64,000 nucleotides of DNA from a virus (IMGVR_UViG_3300011774_000001:128001-192000), one strand, 5' to 3'; numbered from the stretch's first letter, positions 17,644 to 29,417 are shown. Numbers and translations are program-made. Notes: generated by a model not told the origin, from the sequence alone.

Positions 17644-18312
17644 ATGGAAAAGTCACCGGGCGTACCTGTAAATCCTTTCGATGGTCCAGAGTTTGACGAG
17701 TCCATTAAGGACACGCAGAACGCCCTGACTCGGATTACCGAAGATCTCAAGTCACGCAGCTGGAATAGATCTGAACCTACTCAGGAAGGCGGGTTGATGG
17801 TCGGCCCTGGGTCCCCGCTCTATGGTCGGCGGGTCATGCGTGATCCAAAAGAACTGTTGGCCAGTTTCCCAGCTGAAATGGTTGAGGAGATGAAGGTTGA
17901 GCTAGCAACTAAATGGGCAGGAGGTATCATGGCAGAAAACATGCGCACGGCACACTGCGAGTTGCCAGAGATCAAGGGGGTGATGACCAGCAATGGTCTT
18001 TACATACCGGTTCACCCAAAGAACCTTAACGACTATGAGGTCTCTGCGTTGGGGTTGAAATATAACCTCTACCCAGCGGGCCAAGTACCGGAAGACGAGC
18101 GGGCAAATCTGGAGGCATGGCTGGAAAGCAATCGTGGCAAAATAGCCTGGAGCGCTTCCAATGTCTCCAAGGAAGATATGGACAGATTGAGGAACGGCAC
18201 ATTGGCGATACGACGGGTGCCTGGAATCAGGTTGAAGATCAGCGTCCCCACCGATGCTGCCTTTTACGAAGATCAATCAAAATCTGCAGAACTACGCGAA
18301 CAAGAGGAATAA
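17644..18312 (+). CDS. hypothetical protein
   Basis: GGAG SD. Confidence 0.7.
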   Translation: MEKSPGVPVNPFDGPEFDESIKDTQNALTRITEDLKSRSWNRSEPTQEGGLMVGPGSPLYGRRVMRDPKELLASFPAEMVEEMKVELATKWAGGIMAENMRTAHCELPEIKGVMTSNGLYIPVHPKNLNDYEVSALGLKYNLYPAGQVPEDERANLEAWLESNRGKIAWSASNVSKEDMDRLRNGTLAIRRVPGIRLKISVPTDAAFYEDQSKSAELREQEE

Positions 18313-18315
18313 GTT

Positions 18316-19005
18316 GTGTCCAAGGCTAAGAAGTTCTTTGTTGAATCTGCTAAGCAAGCAGCGGCCGCAAAGATAGAAGAAGAGAAACGTTTGGCTGCTG
18401 AAAAGAAGCGCCAGGAAGAAGAAGAGAAACAGGCTCGGCGGGATTACCTGCTGGAGAACCCGTACACCACTCTCGACACTCTCCTGATTCTGGCACTGAT
18501 GGAAAAGTTTCATGGCCAAGTCAACTTCTCAGGGAAGCCTCAGAAATGGCTGGACAAGTTGTGGGAGATCAAGGACTACGTGGCCCCGGCTGTCGTAACC
18601 ACGATCGTTCAACCACTGCTCAAAACCCCACTACCTTTCAAAGAACTGACAGGTATGGTGGATAACTACCTGACCCTGGGTACCGCCACCGAAGACTTCA
18701 TTGCCCAGAAGTACCACGGCATGCTGATCTACGAAAAGCAGATCTATCCGATCAAGCTCTACGTGGAAGAAGAAGTTGGGTACAAGTGGGTAACGACCAA
18801 CGAAACACAGATCATGCGAATGGCCGCTCACGTTGCTTGTGAGATGTTCGATCTCGAAACGATCCAGTGTCACGTTATGTTCTTCGCAGCGTTCAACATG
18901 TCTGGTCGCATGGCGTCCGTAGGGCATCGCCGTGTCGACATCAAGGAGGCCTTCCCAGATCAGGATGAGGCCAACGTAGTTAACCTGGTTCGAGTGGTGG
19001 CGTAA
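18316..19005 (+). CDS. hypothetical protein with N-terminal charged helix
   Basis: GAGGA SD with GTG start. Confidence 0.75.
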   Translation: MSKAKKFFVESAKQAAAAKIEEEKRLAAEKKRQEEEEKQARRDYLLENPYTTLDTLLILALMEKFHGQVNFSGKPQKWLDKLWEIKDYVAPAVVTTIVQPLLKTPLPFKELTGMVDNYLTLGTATEDFIAQKYHGMLIYEKQIYPIKLYVEEEVGYKWVTTNETQIMRMAAHVACEMFDLETIQCHVMFFAAFNMSGRMASVGHRRVDIKEAFPDQDEANVVNLVRVVA

Positions 19006-19418
19006 TGGCAAAGATCATCTGTGCGTTCCCCGGTACCAGTAGCGGTGCCCTACTCGTTCTTCTTAAGTATCGGAAGGATGGTCAGGTTATCGATCGAGAT
19101 TGGTCCGGCGCGATCAAGGACATAGAACGCAAGGTGGAAACCACGGACGTCCTTATCCTAAAGGCTGTTCCGTGTGTGATTGACAAGTTGATCTCCCTCG
19201 GGGTGGAGTTTGACTTGGTGTACCCAGACCCTGTGCTGTCCCCTACCCGTTTCACCTCTATCCTTGCGATGGAAGGAATGCGGTTGGCTGAAATTCATGA
19301 CGCCATTCACAACTGGCGCAATGACCTGCAAGTGTTGCAAAGTTACAGACAACCGAATGTAACTCACATCGTTCTCGACGAAGGACAATCCATCGTTGAC
19401 ACCCATGGAGTAAAGTAA
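19005..19418 (+). CDS. degenerate small P-loop kinase-like protein
   Basis: KIICAFPGTSSG (family form IISAFPGxGKS), IDRD, LVYPD. Confidence 0.55.
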   Translation: MAKIICAFPGTSSGALLVLLKYRKDGQVIDRDWSGAIKDIERKVETTDVLILKAVPCVIDKLISLGVEFDLVYPDPVLSPTRFTSILAMEGMRLAEIHDAIHNWRNDLQVLQSYRQPNVTHIVLDEGQSIVDTHGVK

Positions 19419-19419
19419 T

Positions 19420-20085
19420 ATGGGCGAAGTAGTAGAAATTCGTAAAGGCGTATTGGAGATTCAGAACCGACACGCTCCTGGCAAACTGCGCGGCTTCTAC
19501 CGTGCGCTTTGTAAAAGTCATCAGGCCGCTGGCCGTGGTGGTTGGTCGTCTGCGAATATGCTGACGGCAGCCATCATCAAACAAATGCTGGACCACGGCA
19601 ACAAGCTGTGGTGGGACTTGGTCGATCTTGAGTTTGGATCGCTCACTTCCCCAGATAGTTCCAAGGATGAAATTGGCATCCGTACCCTGGCGGGTGAAAC
19701 CTTCAATGGTGTCCCTAGTCAACCGTTCATAATCGCCATGGCGGTTACCCACCAGAACGGCATTCGCCAAGAGATTCACGAGTGCTTCCAGAGCATCACA
19801 CCGGCTGAGGTCAATGCTCGGGTAGCAGAGATGCTGTCTGATCGTGACTTCCCAACAGGTGGTCTGGACCCGATGATGCTGCGTGTGGGGGATGCCATTG
19901 CCATGACTAATCTCAAAGTCGAGTCTGTTCTCGACAAACACAGCCACATCAAGCTGAACCTGCAAGACCCGAATGAGGAAGGACATTTCACTTCCTACAC
20001 GGTGTACATTTATCCCGATACCCTGCGCAAGGATATCGATCTCATCAAAGCTTCTCTCGCTACCCAGGAAGGAAAAAAGCAATGA
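19420..20085 (+). CDS. hypothetical protein
   Basis: GGAG SD. Confidence 0.75.
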   Translation: MGEVVEIRKGVLEIQNRHAPGKLRGFYRALCKSHQAAGRGGWSSANMLTAAIIKQMLDHGNKLWWDLVDLEFGSLTSPDSSKDEIGIRTLAGETFNGVPSQPFIIAMAVTHQNGIRQEIHECFQSITPAEVNARVAEMLSDRDFPTGGLDPMMLRVGDAIAMTNLKVESVLDKHSHIKLNLQDPNEEGHFTSYTVYIYPDTLRKDIDLIKASLATQEGKKQ

Positions 20086-20363
20086 GCGTCTCTGTCAATC
20101 AACTGCAGGCTGAAATCCGTGAAGTGGAGGGCGTCGATGTTGTCGTCCATTCGGCTAAGCCTGGTGAGATGTTTCCTTCCTACAAAGAGCAGTGGCACAA
20201 AGGTCTGAGCAACGAGCGCACCCTGTCGGCATTCAAGCGTCGACTGGAGCACTGTCTGCGCGGTCATAGCTACGGCATCAACAAATCCGATGGCAACAAA
20301 ACGCAAGGCGCTGGCAACATCTACATGGGCACCATTCGTGGTGTCGAAGTAGCGAAGGCATAA
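20082..20363 (+). CDS. small hypothetical protein, paralogue of 29119..29415
   Basis: VxxLxxEIxxxEGVxVxxH motif. Confidence 0.75.
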   Translation: MSVSVNQLQAEIREVEGVDVVVHSAKPGEMFPSYKEQWHKGLSNERTLSAFKRRLEHCLRGHSYGINKSDGNKTQGAGNIYMGTIRGVEVAKA

Positions 20364-20398
20364 GTGCTGCCCCCTCCCTTCGGGGAGGGGGTTTATGC
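20357..20398. terminator. hairpin terminator with TTATGC tails on both strands
   Basis: GGCATAA...GCCCCCTCCC-TTCG-GGGAGGGGGT-TTATGC. Confidence 0.8.
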
Positions 20399-20433
20399 TC
20401 CACCATTTTTTCTTTTTGTTTCAACCGATATTC

Positions 20434-20454
20434 AAACCTAAAGTATCCATTTGA
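20434..20454 (+). promoter_or_regulatory. phage promoter motif, copy 4
   Basis: AAACCTAAAGTATCCATTTGA. Confidence 0.75.
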
Positions 20455-20481
20455 ATGTACCCTCATTAAACGGAGTTTACC

Positions 20482-20763
20482 ATGAAATTGTTTCAAGCCC
20501 TGTTGATCTCTGTGATGTTCTCTCAGAGTGCCTTGGCTATGTCGTCGGACAAACCCCACATCAGCGTAGACCGACTCATTGAGTTGGCTAAAGATCAGGG
20601 GCTGGCGGTTGCTCAGTGTCGTTATGGGCTGTGTCGCGATACAGAAGATGGCTACTATGTGAGCATCCCTGGTGCGGGCAAAGACGGCTACTATGCCTAC
20701 GACCCATTGACCACCACCCCATCTGAAGGCTTTGGCTCAGACCTGCCTGAGAACAAGGAATAA
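20482..20763 (+). CDS. small exported protein
   Basis: Sec signal peptide MKLFQALLISVMFSQSALA. Confidence 0.75.
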   Translation: MKLFQALLISVMFSQSALAMSSDKPHISVDRLIELAKDQGLAVAQCRYGLCRDTEDGYYVSIPGAGKDGYYAYDPLTTTPSEGFGSDLPENKE

Positions 20764-20765
20764 TC

Positions 20766-21800
20766 ATGAACGCAAACACGCTCTTCCAGCGAGCAGCGAG
20801 TAAGTCAAAAATCCTGCGCCGTGAAGAATCGCTGGGTTACATCGAGCCTTGCCTCGATGCCCTGGCTAAGCAGAAGACCTTTCAATGGCTGGGGGTCGAT
20901 GATCAAGACGACGTGATGGCCTGCATTCGTGAAATGCGTGCAGGCTTTGATACAGCCATTCACCATTACACCCAATACGGTCGAGCGTACATGCCCCTTA
21001 TTGAAACCTCGATTGCACACAGCATCTCGTGGTTCTTTGTGGCGGCCTACGTGATGATGACCCGTGGTGGCATTTACCAGTCCCGAGTGGGCAGTGTGAT
21101 GCGTGGGTTCTTCGGCAACGCTCAGGCGGTGGTGGCCGTGTCCAATACCCTGCTGGATCTGGTGCACGATCATCGCAAATGGTCCAAGGGTGAGTCTGAG
21201 TTGGAACGTGTCTGCATGCTGATGGGGATTCCTTATCAGCCGATCCACATGTTCCCAGACCACGACGACGTTCTGATGGTTGCCAACATCGTTGGCTTCC
21301 GTCGGGGTGAGGTCATGTCGTGCAAAGGTTACGAAGGCTTTGACGATGCAGTGATCAACGATGAGGTGGAGAACTATGTTCCGCCTAACGTGTTCGGACT
21401 ACTGGATGAGGATCAAGGACAACTGCTGCGCCGTTCGTATGTCTTCAACTACAATGCCGTGCGCACCATGGTTCCGTATTACCTGACAGTGCCTGTGCCT
21501 GAAGGCAAGGATGTTGAGGTCGTTCATGCGGCCTTGATTGCAGCGATGTGCGTAAAGCCAGACGACACCGACCCTGGTATTCAAGATGACATTCGCGAGA
21601 TGTTGGCTTGGACCAGACGGGGTAGACTGAACCCTATCCCATTGATGCGTAGTGACAATCTGTCCAATCGCATGCAACAGCGGTTTGGCTTTCATTTGAC
21701 GGTGGAACGTAACAATCCCTCGCAAATGCAGTTGTTGCACATGGTCTCAATCTTTGCGTTGAGTTTGACTCCAGACAACCCGTACCTCGGTGTTAACTGA
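20766..21800 (+). CDS. hypothetical protein
   Basis: 344 aa, AAGGA SD. Confidence 0.8.
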   Translation: MNANTLFQRAASKSKILRREESLGYIEPCLDALAKQKTFQWLGVDDQDDVMACIREMRAGFDTAIHHYTQYGRAYMPLIETSIAHSISWFFVAAYVMMTRGGIYQSRVGSVMRGFFGNAQAVVAVSNTLLDLVHDHRKWSKGESELERVCMLMGIPYQPIHMFPDHDDVLMVANIVGFRRGEVMSCKGYEGFDDAVINDEVENYVPPNVFGLLDEDQGQLLRRSYVFNYNAVRTMVPYYLTVPVPEGKDVEVVHAALIAAMCVKPDDTDPGIQDDIREMLAWTRRGRLNPIPLMRSDNLSNRMQQRFGFHLTVERNNPSQMQLLHMVSIFALSLTPDNPYLGVN

Positions 21801-21886
21801 GTACAGGTTGGAGATACCCGATGGCTTATGCTGTGATTGACGCCAACTCAATCGGGTCTAACTCAACATAGGAGCGATCGGATGGT

Positions 21887-22420
21887 TTGCGCCTGACGAT
21901 CTGTGACAATATGCCAAAACAAACCAAGATCTTCTACACCTCCAGCATGGGGCAGGGGAGTGCAGAGTTCACCTTAGTTCAGGATTACACTGGACGAGGT
22001 GTTTACATCGGTAAGCGTAAGCTGGCTGACGACAAAGAGCTGGCTCTCTACCATGAGCAACTGCTTGCCGACCGCATGACTATTCCAGAGGGTACTTCCT
22101 ATGTGACGGTCATGCGCCCCTTCGTGATGGGCGATCTCATCAACGATGGTCCTGATCTGGCCAAGAGCCTGTACGCGACCATCGAGAATCACATGGACGC
22201 AGACTTCAATCGACGGAAGGCTGTGGTCTGCGAACGAGTGTGTTATGTGGGCACCGACTTCGCTGGGCGGCTGGATAAAATCCGGCCACTGCTGAATGCT
22301 TTCGATCGAGAGATCATTCGCCACAAGTTGGCAGATGCTCTTCTCAACAACCTGCCGGTCAACAGTCGTTATGTGTTTGACCGCTATCAATTGCAACGCT
22401 TGAGAGAACTCAGGGGGTAA
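21887..22420 (+). CDS. hypothetical protein (start uncertain; in-frame upstream mini-ORF 21821-21871)
   Basis: ORF; see finding on the in-frame TAG. Confidence 0.7.
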   Translation: MRLTICDNMPKQTKIFYTSSMGQGSAEFTLVQDYTGRGVYIGKRKLADDKELALYHEQLLADRMTIPEGTSYVTVMRPFVMGDLINDGPDLAKSLYATIENHMDADFNRRKAVVCERVCYVGTDFAGRLDKIRPLLNAFDREIIRHKLADALLNNLPVNSRYVFDRYQLQRLRELRG

Positions 22421-22422
22421 GG

Positions 22423-23520
22423 GTGAATCAATACGAATATCTTCAGCTCATGCTGGGGGCCAAGTATCAGTTGGAGAAGGACGATCTTCTACTGATCACG
22501 GCAATCGCAACGGTTCTGCGTGGTCGCAACATTGAGGTGACCTTTGCGTCGGCTCCATTGTTCGGTCAACTGAACGGTGAAGAAGGGCACAGTGAACGCC
22601 ACCAGCTTTACAAGGTGGTGACTCAGGGCATGGCGTACTGGGAACTGACTCAGGCGCTGGGCGGTGTGGACAACAAGTATCGCGCTGCCAGCTACCTGCG
22701 TGAGATCATGAACGGTCGTGGCGGTACCCCAAGCATCCGTAAGGTTGCCATGGTGCTGGTTAGCGAGTGGGAAGTGCCTGCTCCTCCACCTGTGTCTGCA
22801 GAAGACATGGCCGGCACTGACCGTCAGGATGAAGCTCGTCCTGCACACGATGGCTGGCTTGCCACTGGCAAGTACAAGGTTGAAGGCGAGGAAGGTGAAA
22901 AGACCTACGACCTGGACGCCAAGAACGGCGAAGACGGCGAGCCTGCCGTGGTCACCATCGCTCGTCTGATTCGTGCGTCGTGGGACCCTGTGCTCAATCA
23001 GGTTGATCCTGTCCGTCTGGAAAAGGTCAGCCTCATGTTGGGTCATGTTCTGATGGGTGAGCGTCAGCAAATGATCGCTCAGCTGGAAGAAGCGAAGAAA
23101 GCGGCCAAGCCAGAACCGGTCAGCATCTGGCCGAAGAACAAAGAACACTGGATCTTCGATGCGCGTTACTCGGCCCTGCAAGCGCCGTGGGCTCTGAACA
23201 AAGACTACCCTTGCCGTCAGGCGATCGAAGACGTTGTTCGTAGCGCAGCACGCTTTGCGGTGTCTCGTGCCAGTGGCATGGGTAACAGTCGTGTGTTCAA
23301 CATTGAAGGCTTTGTCGAAAACGTTGTCCTCGGCCTGTTTGGCGATGGTACCAACGAAAAAGACTTCGACTTCAGCAAACTGGTGTTCCGTGAAAAGACA
23401 CCAGCAGCGGAGGCGGCAGGTACCACCATCCACTTTGAAGCACCGCTGGAAGCAGCCGCCACGCCGGCACCTGCTGCAGAACCTGCAGGGGGCGAAAGCG
23501 AGGCTGAAGTGGGAAAGTAA
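22423..23520 (+). CDS. hypothetical protein, short (non-frameshifted) form
   Basis: 365 aa; ends G-GGA-AAG-TAA. Confidence 0.8.
   Translation: MNQYEYLQLMLGAKYQLEKDDLLLITAIATVLRGRNIEVTFASAPLFGQLNGEEGHSERHQLYKVVTQGMAYWELTQALGGVDNKYRAASYLREIMNGRGGTPSIRKVAMVLVSEWEVPAPPPVSAEDMAGTDRQDEARPAHDGWLATGKYKVEGEEGEKTYDLDAKNGEDGEPAVVTIARLIRASWDPVLNQVDPVRLEKVSLMLGHVLMGERQQMIAQLEEAKKAAKPEPVSIWPKNKEHWIFDARYSALQAPWALNKDYPCRQAIEDVVRSAARFAVSRASGMGNSRVFNIEGFVENVVLGLFGDGTNEKDFDFSKLVFREKTPAAEAAGTTIHFEAPLEAAATPAPAAEPAGGESEAEVGK
23511..23517 (+). promoter_or_regulatory. -1 ribosomal frameshift slippery heptamer GGGAAAG
   Basis: In-phase G GGA AAG immediately before the stop; -1 frame open for 75 codons with no start of its own. 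Confidence 0.75.
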
Positions 23521-23744
23521 GTGCTGAGGTAGCCAGTAAGGTATCTGCAGCATCCAACTTCCCTCAGGCTCCAGTAGAAACAGCAGAAGAAACCATTCTG
23601 CCAGTCAGTGAACGTGGGGCACCTGCCAGTACGCCATTGATTGAAAAGCTGCAAGCCCAAAAGACTGCGGCTAAACCCGTAGCCAAGAAGCCAGCAGCAA
23701 AACCTGCAGCAAAATCGCGCACCGCGCGCAAACCTACCAAGTAA
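23517..23744 (+). CDS. -1 frame extension (75 aa, Ala/Lys/Pro-rich with KPAA repeats) of the 22423 protein
   Basis: VSAEVASKV...TAAKPVAKKPAAKPAAKSRTARKPTK*; exactly fills the gap up to the terminator. Confidence 0.7.
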   Translation, partial: VSAEVASKVSAASNFPQAPVETAEETILPVSERGAPASTPLIEKLQAQKTAAKPVAKKPAAKPAAKSRTARKPTK

Positions 23745-23751
23745 CACATCT

Positions 23752-23784
23752 GGCTCACTCCCGGTCGGGGGTGGGCCTTATGCC
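23752..23784 (+). terminator. hairpin terminator with TTATGCC tail
   Basis: GGCTCACTCCC-GGTC-GGGGGTGGGCC-TTATGCC. Confidence 0.8.
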
Positions 23785-23799
23785 ATCGGAGAGAAACAC

Positions 23800-25080
23800 A
23801 TGAATTCTACTCGTCACAAAATCGCAGCTGGTGTTTACCTGACCCAACTCATGTTGCGTTGTCAGATCAGCGACATGGCGCACACCTTGAACGTTGCCGA
23901 CGAGGCTTCGTTCCGCAAAGAAGTCTTCCATGGTGACGCCCAAGACCAGAACAGAACTCTGGCCGCCCAATGCTGGTCCACAGTGCGGGCGATCGCTTTG
24001 GGTCATCGTGGTTTCCTGCAGGCCCTGCGCTTGCACGAAGACCTCTTTACCCCAGGCGTGCTGGCGACACTTACTCGCCACCTGCTCAACGACCCTGATG
24101 TCGATTGGAATGACGTGGGCTGTTTCCTGGCTGGCACGGCTGAGCAGTTCAAGTTGGATATCTTGCTTAACAACCACTTGGAGCGCCCCATCTCGCAGCA
24201 GACAGGGAGTGCTGTTCGCGAGGTGTTGGAGCAGGCTGCAAACATCTTTGACAATGCTCGGACCTATAACGAGACCTTTGTCAAGTCTTCTGTGTTCCGC
24301 TATGCTGATCTATGGACTCGGATGTTCCACAATCCGCGGGAGCTGATGCGTGCCCTGGACGAGGTGGGTATCAAGCAGGGTCCTGATGATTCCGAAGACG
24401 TCAATGCAGTGGCCAACATCATGGGTGGTGAACCTGATGGTGTGTTCGAGGCTTTCTGTATTCGTCACAGCCTGGGGTTGGAATCTGCCAAGGCCTGGGA
24501 AGAGCAGATGGTCACTTGGGGCTACCGCGAATATGCGGGGGCCACTCGCGGCATGATGGCTGATGGTCGTGCTGAATTCAAGACATTCATGGCCAGTGCC
24601 GTTGCTGCCGGCTATCCTGTCTACATTCAGGACAAGCACCTGTCTGACTTTGAAGACTTGTTGATCAAGATCCCTGGCGCCACCACCGACGAAGAACGGG
24701 ACATGGTGGAAAACCTAATCCACTGCATCGCACCGATCCTGTACTTTGAACTGTGTGAACATGGCGTGCGTCGCTCTGCTCGCTGGCGTGGTATTCGCCT
24801 GTCCTCCTACTACGAAGAAATGATCGATGAGCTGGAGAACTATGAGGGTTCTGGTTGGCTGCCATTGGTTCGTCTGGAAACCATGCGCTTCGCCAATCGT
24901 CGCTTTGATCGGCAAACCATCTTCACCCCGTATGAAGAAGAAGCCTTGAAGCAGATCGAGAAAGCCAAACTGTTGGCCAGCAAACCTCAAGCAACCTTCC
25001 GTCACACCTACCTGGTTCAGGAACTGCTGCGCGTCATTGAAGACGACTTCTATCACCTGAACTTCTTCGGCCACAACTAA
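23800..25080 (+). CDS. hypothetical protein
   Basis: 426 aa, GGAG SD. Confidence 0.8.
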   Translation: MNSTRHKIAAGVYLTQLMLRCQISDMAHTLNVADEASFRKEVFHGDAQDQNRTLAAQCWSTVRAIALGHRGFLQALRLHEDLFTPGVLATLTRHLLNDPDVDWNDVGCFLAGTAEQFKLDILLNNHLERPISQQTGSAVREVLEQAANIFDNARTYNETFVKSSVFRYADLWTRMFHNPRELMRALDEVGIKQGPDDSEDVNAVANIMGGEPDGVFEAFCIRHSLGLESAKAWEEQMVTWGYREYAGATRGMMADGRAEFKTFMASAVAAGYPVYIQDKHLSDFEDLLIKIPGATTDEERDMVENLIHCIAPILYFELCEHGVRRSARWRGIRLSSYYEEMIDELENYEGSGWLPLVRLETMRFANRRFDRQTIFTPYEEEALKQIEKAKLLASKPQATFRHTYLVQELLRVIEDDFYHLNFFGHN

Positions 25081-25124
25081 CGGCATAGCCTCCCCTCCCT
25101 TGCGGGAGGGGAGGCCTGCTTACC
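25081..25124. terminator. bidirectional terminator between convergent genes
   Basis: CGGCATA-GCCTCCCCTCCC-TTGC-GGGAGGGGAGGC. Confidence 0.85.
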
Positions 25125-25136
25125 ACTCTTTTTTTT

Positions 25137-27779
<2,643 letters not shown>

Positions 27780-27786
<7 letters not shown>

Positions 27787-28022
27787 TTCTCCAGTTTGGC
27801 TTTGACCAGTGTCAGATGTTCACAATTCGCCACCAACACCTCTTCGCTAGACGTGTATGTGGTAAACACCACCATGCTCGGGAAGTTGGTGGGGCGACCA
27901 TCCAGTCGCTCGTGACTATCGTGTTTGTCGAAATGCTTGACTGCCTGATCGAAGCCTTTTGCATTCTTTACGACATACACTGGACCGTAGATGTGTTCGA
28001 AGTTTGCTTGACTCATACTCAC
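27780..28022 (-). CDS. hypothetical protein
   Basis: GGAG SD; overlaps the next gene. Confidence 0.65.
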
Positions 28023-28082
28023 TCCAACGCGTTTAGAAAAGAAGCTAGACTATCTCCCACATGCTTGCCGTTTTAAGTGTTA

Positions 28083-28113
28083 GCATAAAGGCCTGCCTCG
28101 TTGGGCAGGCTTT
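28083..28113 (-). terminator. hairpin with TTATGC tail on the - strand
   Basis: GCATAAA-G-GCCTGCC-TCGTTG-GGCAGGC-TTT. Confidence 0.7.
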
Positions 28114-28500
28114 AGAATGTATTTTTTCTCAACAGATGATTCTTACATTGTGAATACTACTACTACTACAAAGGGACTGCGTCCCCTAGGGACGATTATT
28201 CCCGTTGGCGGCCTCCTGCGGAGTCCTACCCAGGACGAAGCGCTCTTTACCAGCCATCTCCATTCCTTCCAGTCATTACAATGTCTAGTAACGCTGCTTC
28301 TTCTTTATCCTTCCCATTAACATATACCTACCCCCCTTGGGGTTGAATGAATTAGTTTTTTTCTTTTCTCTTTGCTTCTCTCCCTTTACTGGGGGGCCTC
28401 TCTAGCGAGAGGCCAAATGGGAGGTAGCTTTTATTTTGAGCTTCGCTGTAGAGCAAGTGCAAATCCGCGGGTGGGCGCGGCGGCGCGGTCGCCTCGATTG
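28114..28500. other. compositionally atypical non-coding region (origin-like or ncRNA)
   Basis: (TAC)5, overlapping GGGAC/GTCCC palindromes, pyrimidine tracts, GC-rich block. Confidence 0.4.
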
Positions 28501-28511
28501 AACCTAAGTTG

Positions 28512-28532
28512 AAAACTAGATCATCACTGTGA
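28512..28532 (+). promoter_or_regulatory. phage promoter motif, copy 5
   Basis: AAAACTAGATCATCACTGTGA. Confidence 0.65.
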
Positions 28533-28587
28533 GGCGCTATCTTAGAGTATCTGTTAGCACCCACCTAAAAAATCCGGGAGAAACCCC

Positions 28588-29055
28588 ATGGGACGCACCG
28601 TTAAGATTCATGGCTTTGATTCCCCGCGCCTCGGCCGGCTGGAGGACAGCATTGTTGTGCGCTGGAAGGAGGCGTTGTTGATTGCCTTCCCCGGCACTCG
28701 TGTGTGGGAGTATCTGGATGGGATTCCAAGCGATGACTGGGATGTCGATTACTCTCCGGCACTCTTTACCCGCTTTACTCCACACATTGAATACCAGGAC
28801 CTGTGGATCACTGATTACCTGCATTGCCAGTATTGGGATGCGGTGATGGTGGTGGGTCTGCATCCTGGTGTGGTAGTTGCATTACCCAGTGGGCCTGATA
28901 CACTTAAGGCACTGCTGTTAGGCAAGGAGCGGTTGCATGAGCTGTACCCAGAGTTGCGCATTCTGCGCGAGAACAACTGGATCAGTAAAGTGCAGTGGCC
29001 AGTAACAGAAGTCATGCAGATCCCTGATGTGCATTGGCAGCGTCACAACTTTTAA
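28588..29055 (+). CDS. hypothetical protein
   Basis: GGGAG SD; followed by a terminator. Confidence 0.7.
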   Translation: MGRTVKIHGFDSPRLGRLEDSIVVRWKEALLIAFPGTRVWEYLDGIPSDDWDVDYSPALFTRFTPHIEYQDLWITDYLHCQYWDAVMVVGLHPGVVVALPSGPDTLKALLLGKERLHELYPELRILRENNWISKVQWPVTEVMQIPDVHWQRHNF

Positions 29056-29096
29056 GGAAAGCCCGCCTAGGAATAGGTGGGTTTCCATTTATGCCC
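29056..29096 (+). terminator. hairpin terminator with TTTATGCC tail
   Basis: GGAAAGCCCGCCTA-GGAA-TAGGTGGGTTTCC-ATTTATGCC. Confidence 0.75.
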
Positions 29097-29118
29097 TTTG
29101 GGCGATTAGGAGATACAC

Positions 29119-29415
29119 ATGAAAGCTAGCGTTAAGACCACCGTAGCAGAACTCACCAATGAAATCTGGCAGCGTGAAGGTGTCCGGGTTATCATTCATA
29201 CCAAGAGCAACTACGTCTGCTACAACTATCGCTACTCGCGTGCGTTGGACGAGGCGCACACCATCGCTCACCTGCGCAAGCGTGTGCAGAAGCGTTTGGA
29301 GAAGATGTTCACGATCATGCCTGAGTACACGATCGTACTCGGCGACGGCGCCATCAACCCACGTTCGGACATGCGCATGTCGCGTGCTCGTAAGTCTTAC
29401 AATCGAGCGGCCTAA
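29119..29415 (+). CDS. small basic protein, paralogue of 20082..20363
   Basis: AGGAG SD; VAELTNEIWQREGVRVIIH. Confidence 0.8.
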   Translation: MKASVKTTVAELTNEIWQREGVRVIIHTKSNYVCYNYRYSRALDEAHTIAHLRKRVQKRLEKMFTIMPEYTIVLGDGAINPRSDMRMSRARKSYNRAA

Positions 29416-29417
29416 TC

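Noticed and set aside
28117-28564. Short ORFs of 67 and 70 aa in the atypical intergenic region
   Set aside because: No SD; low-complexity translations; better explained as non-coding.
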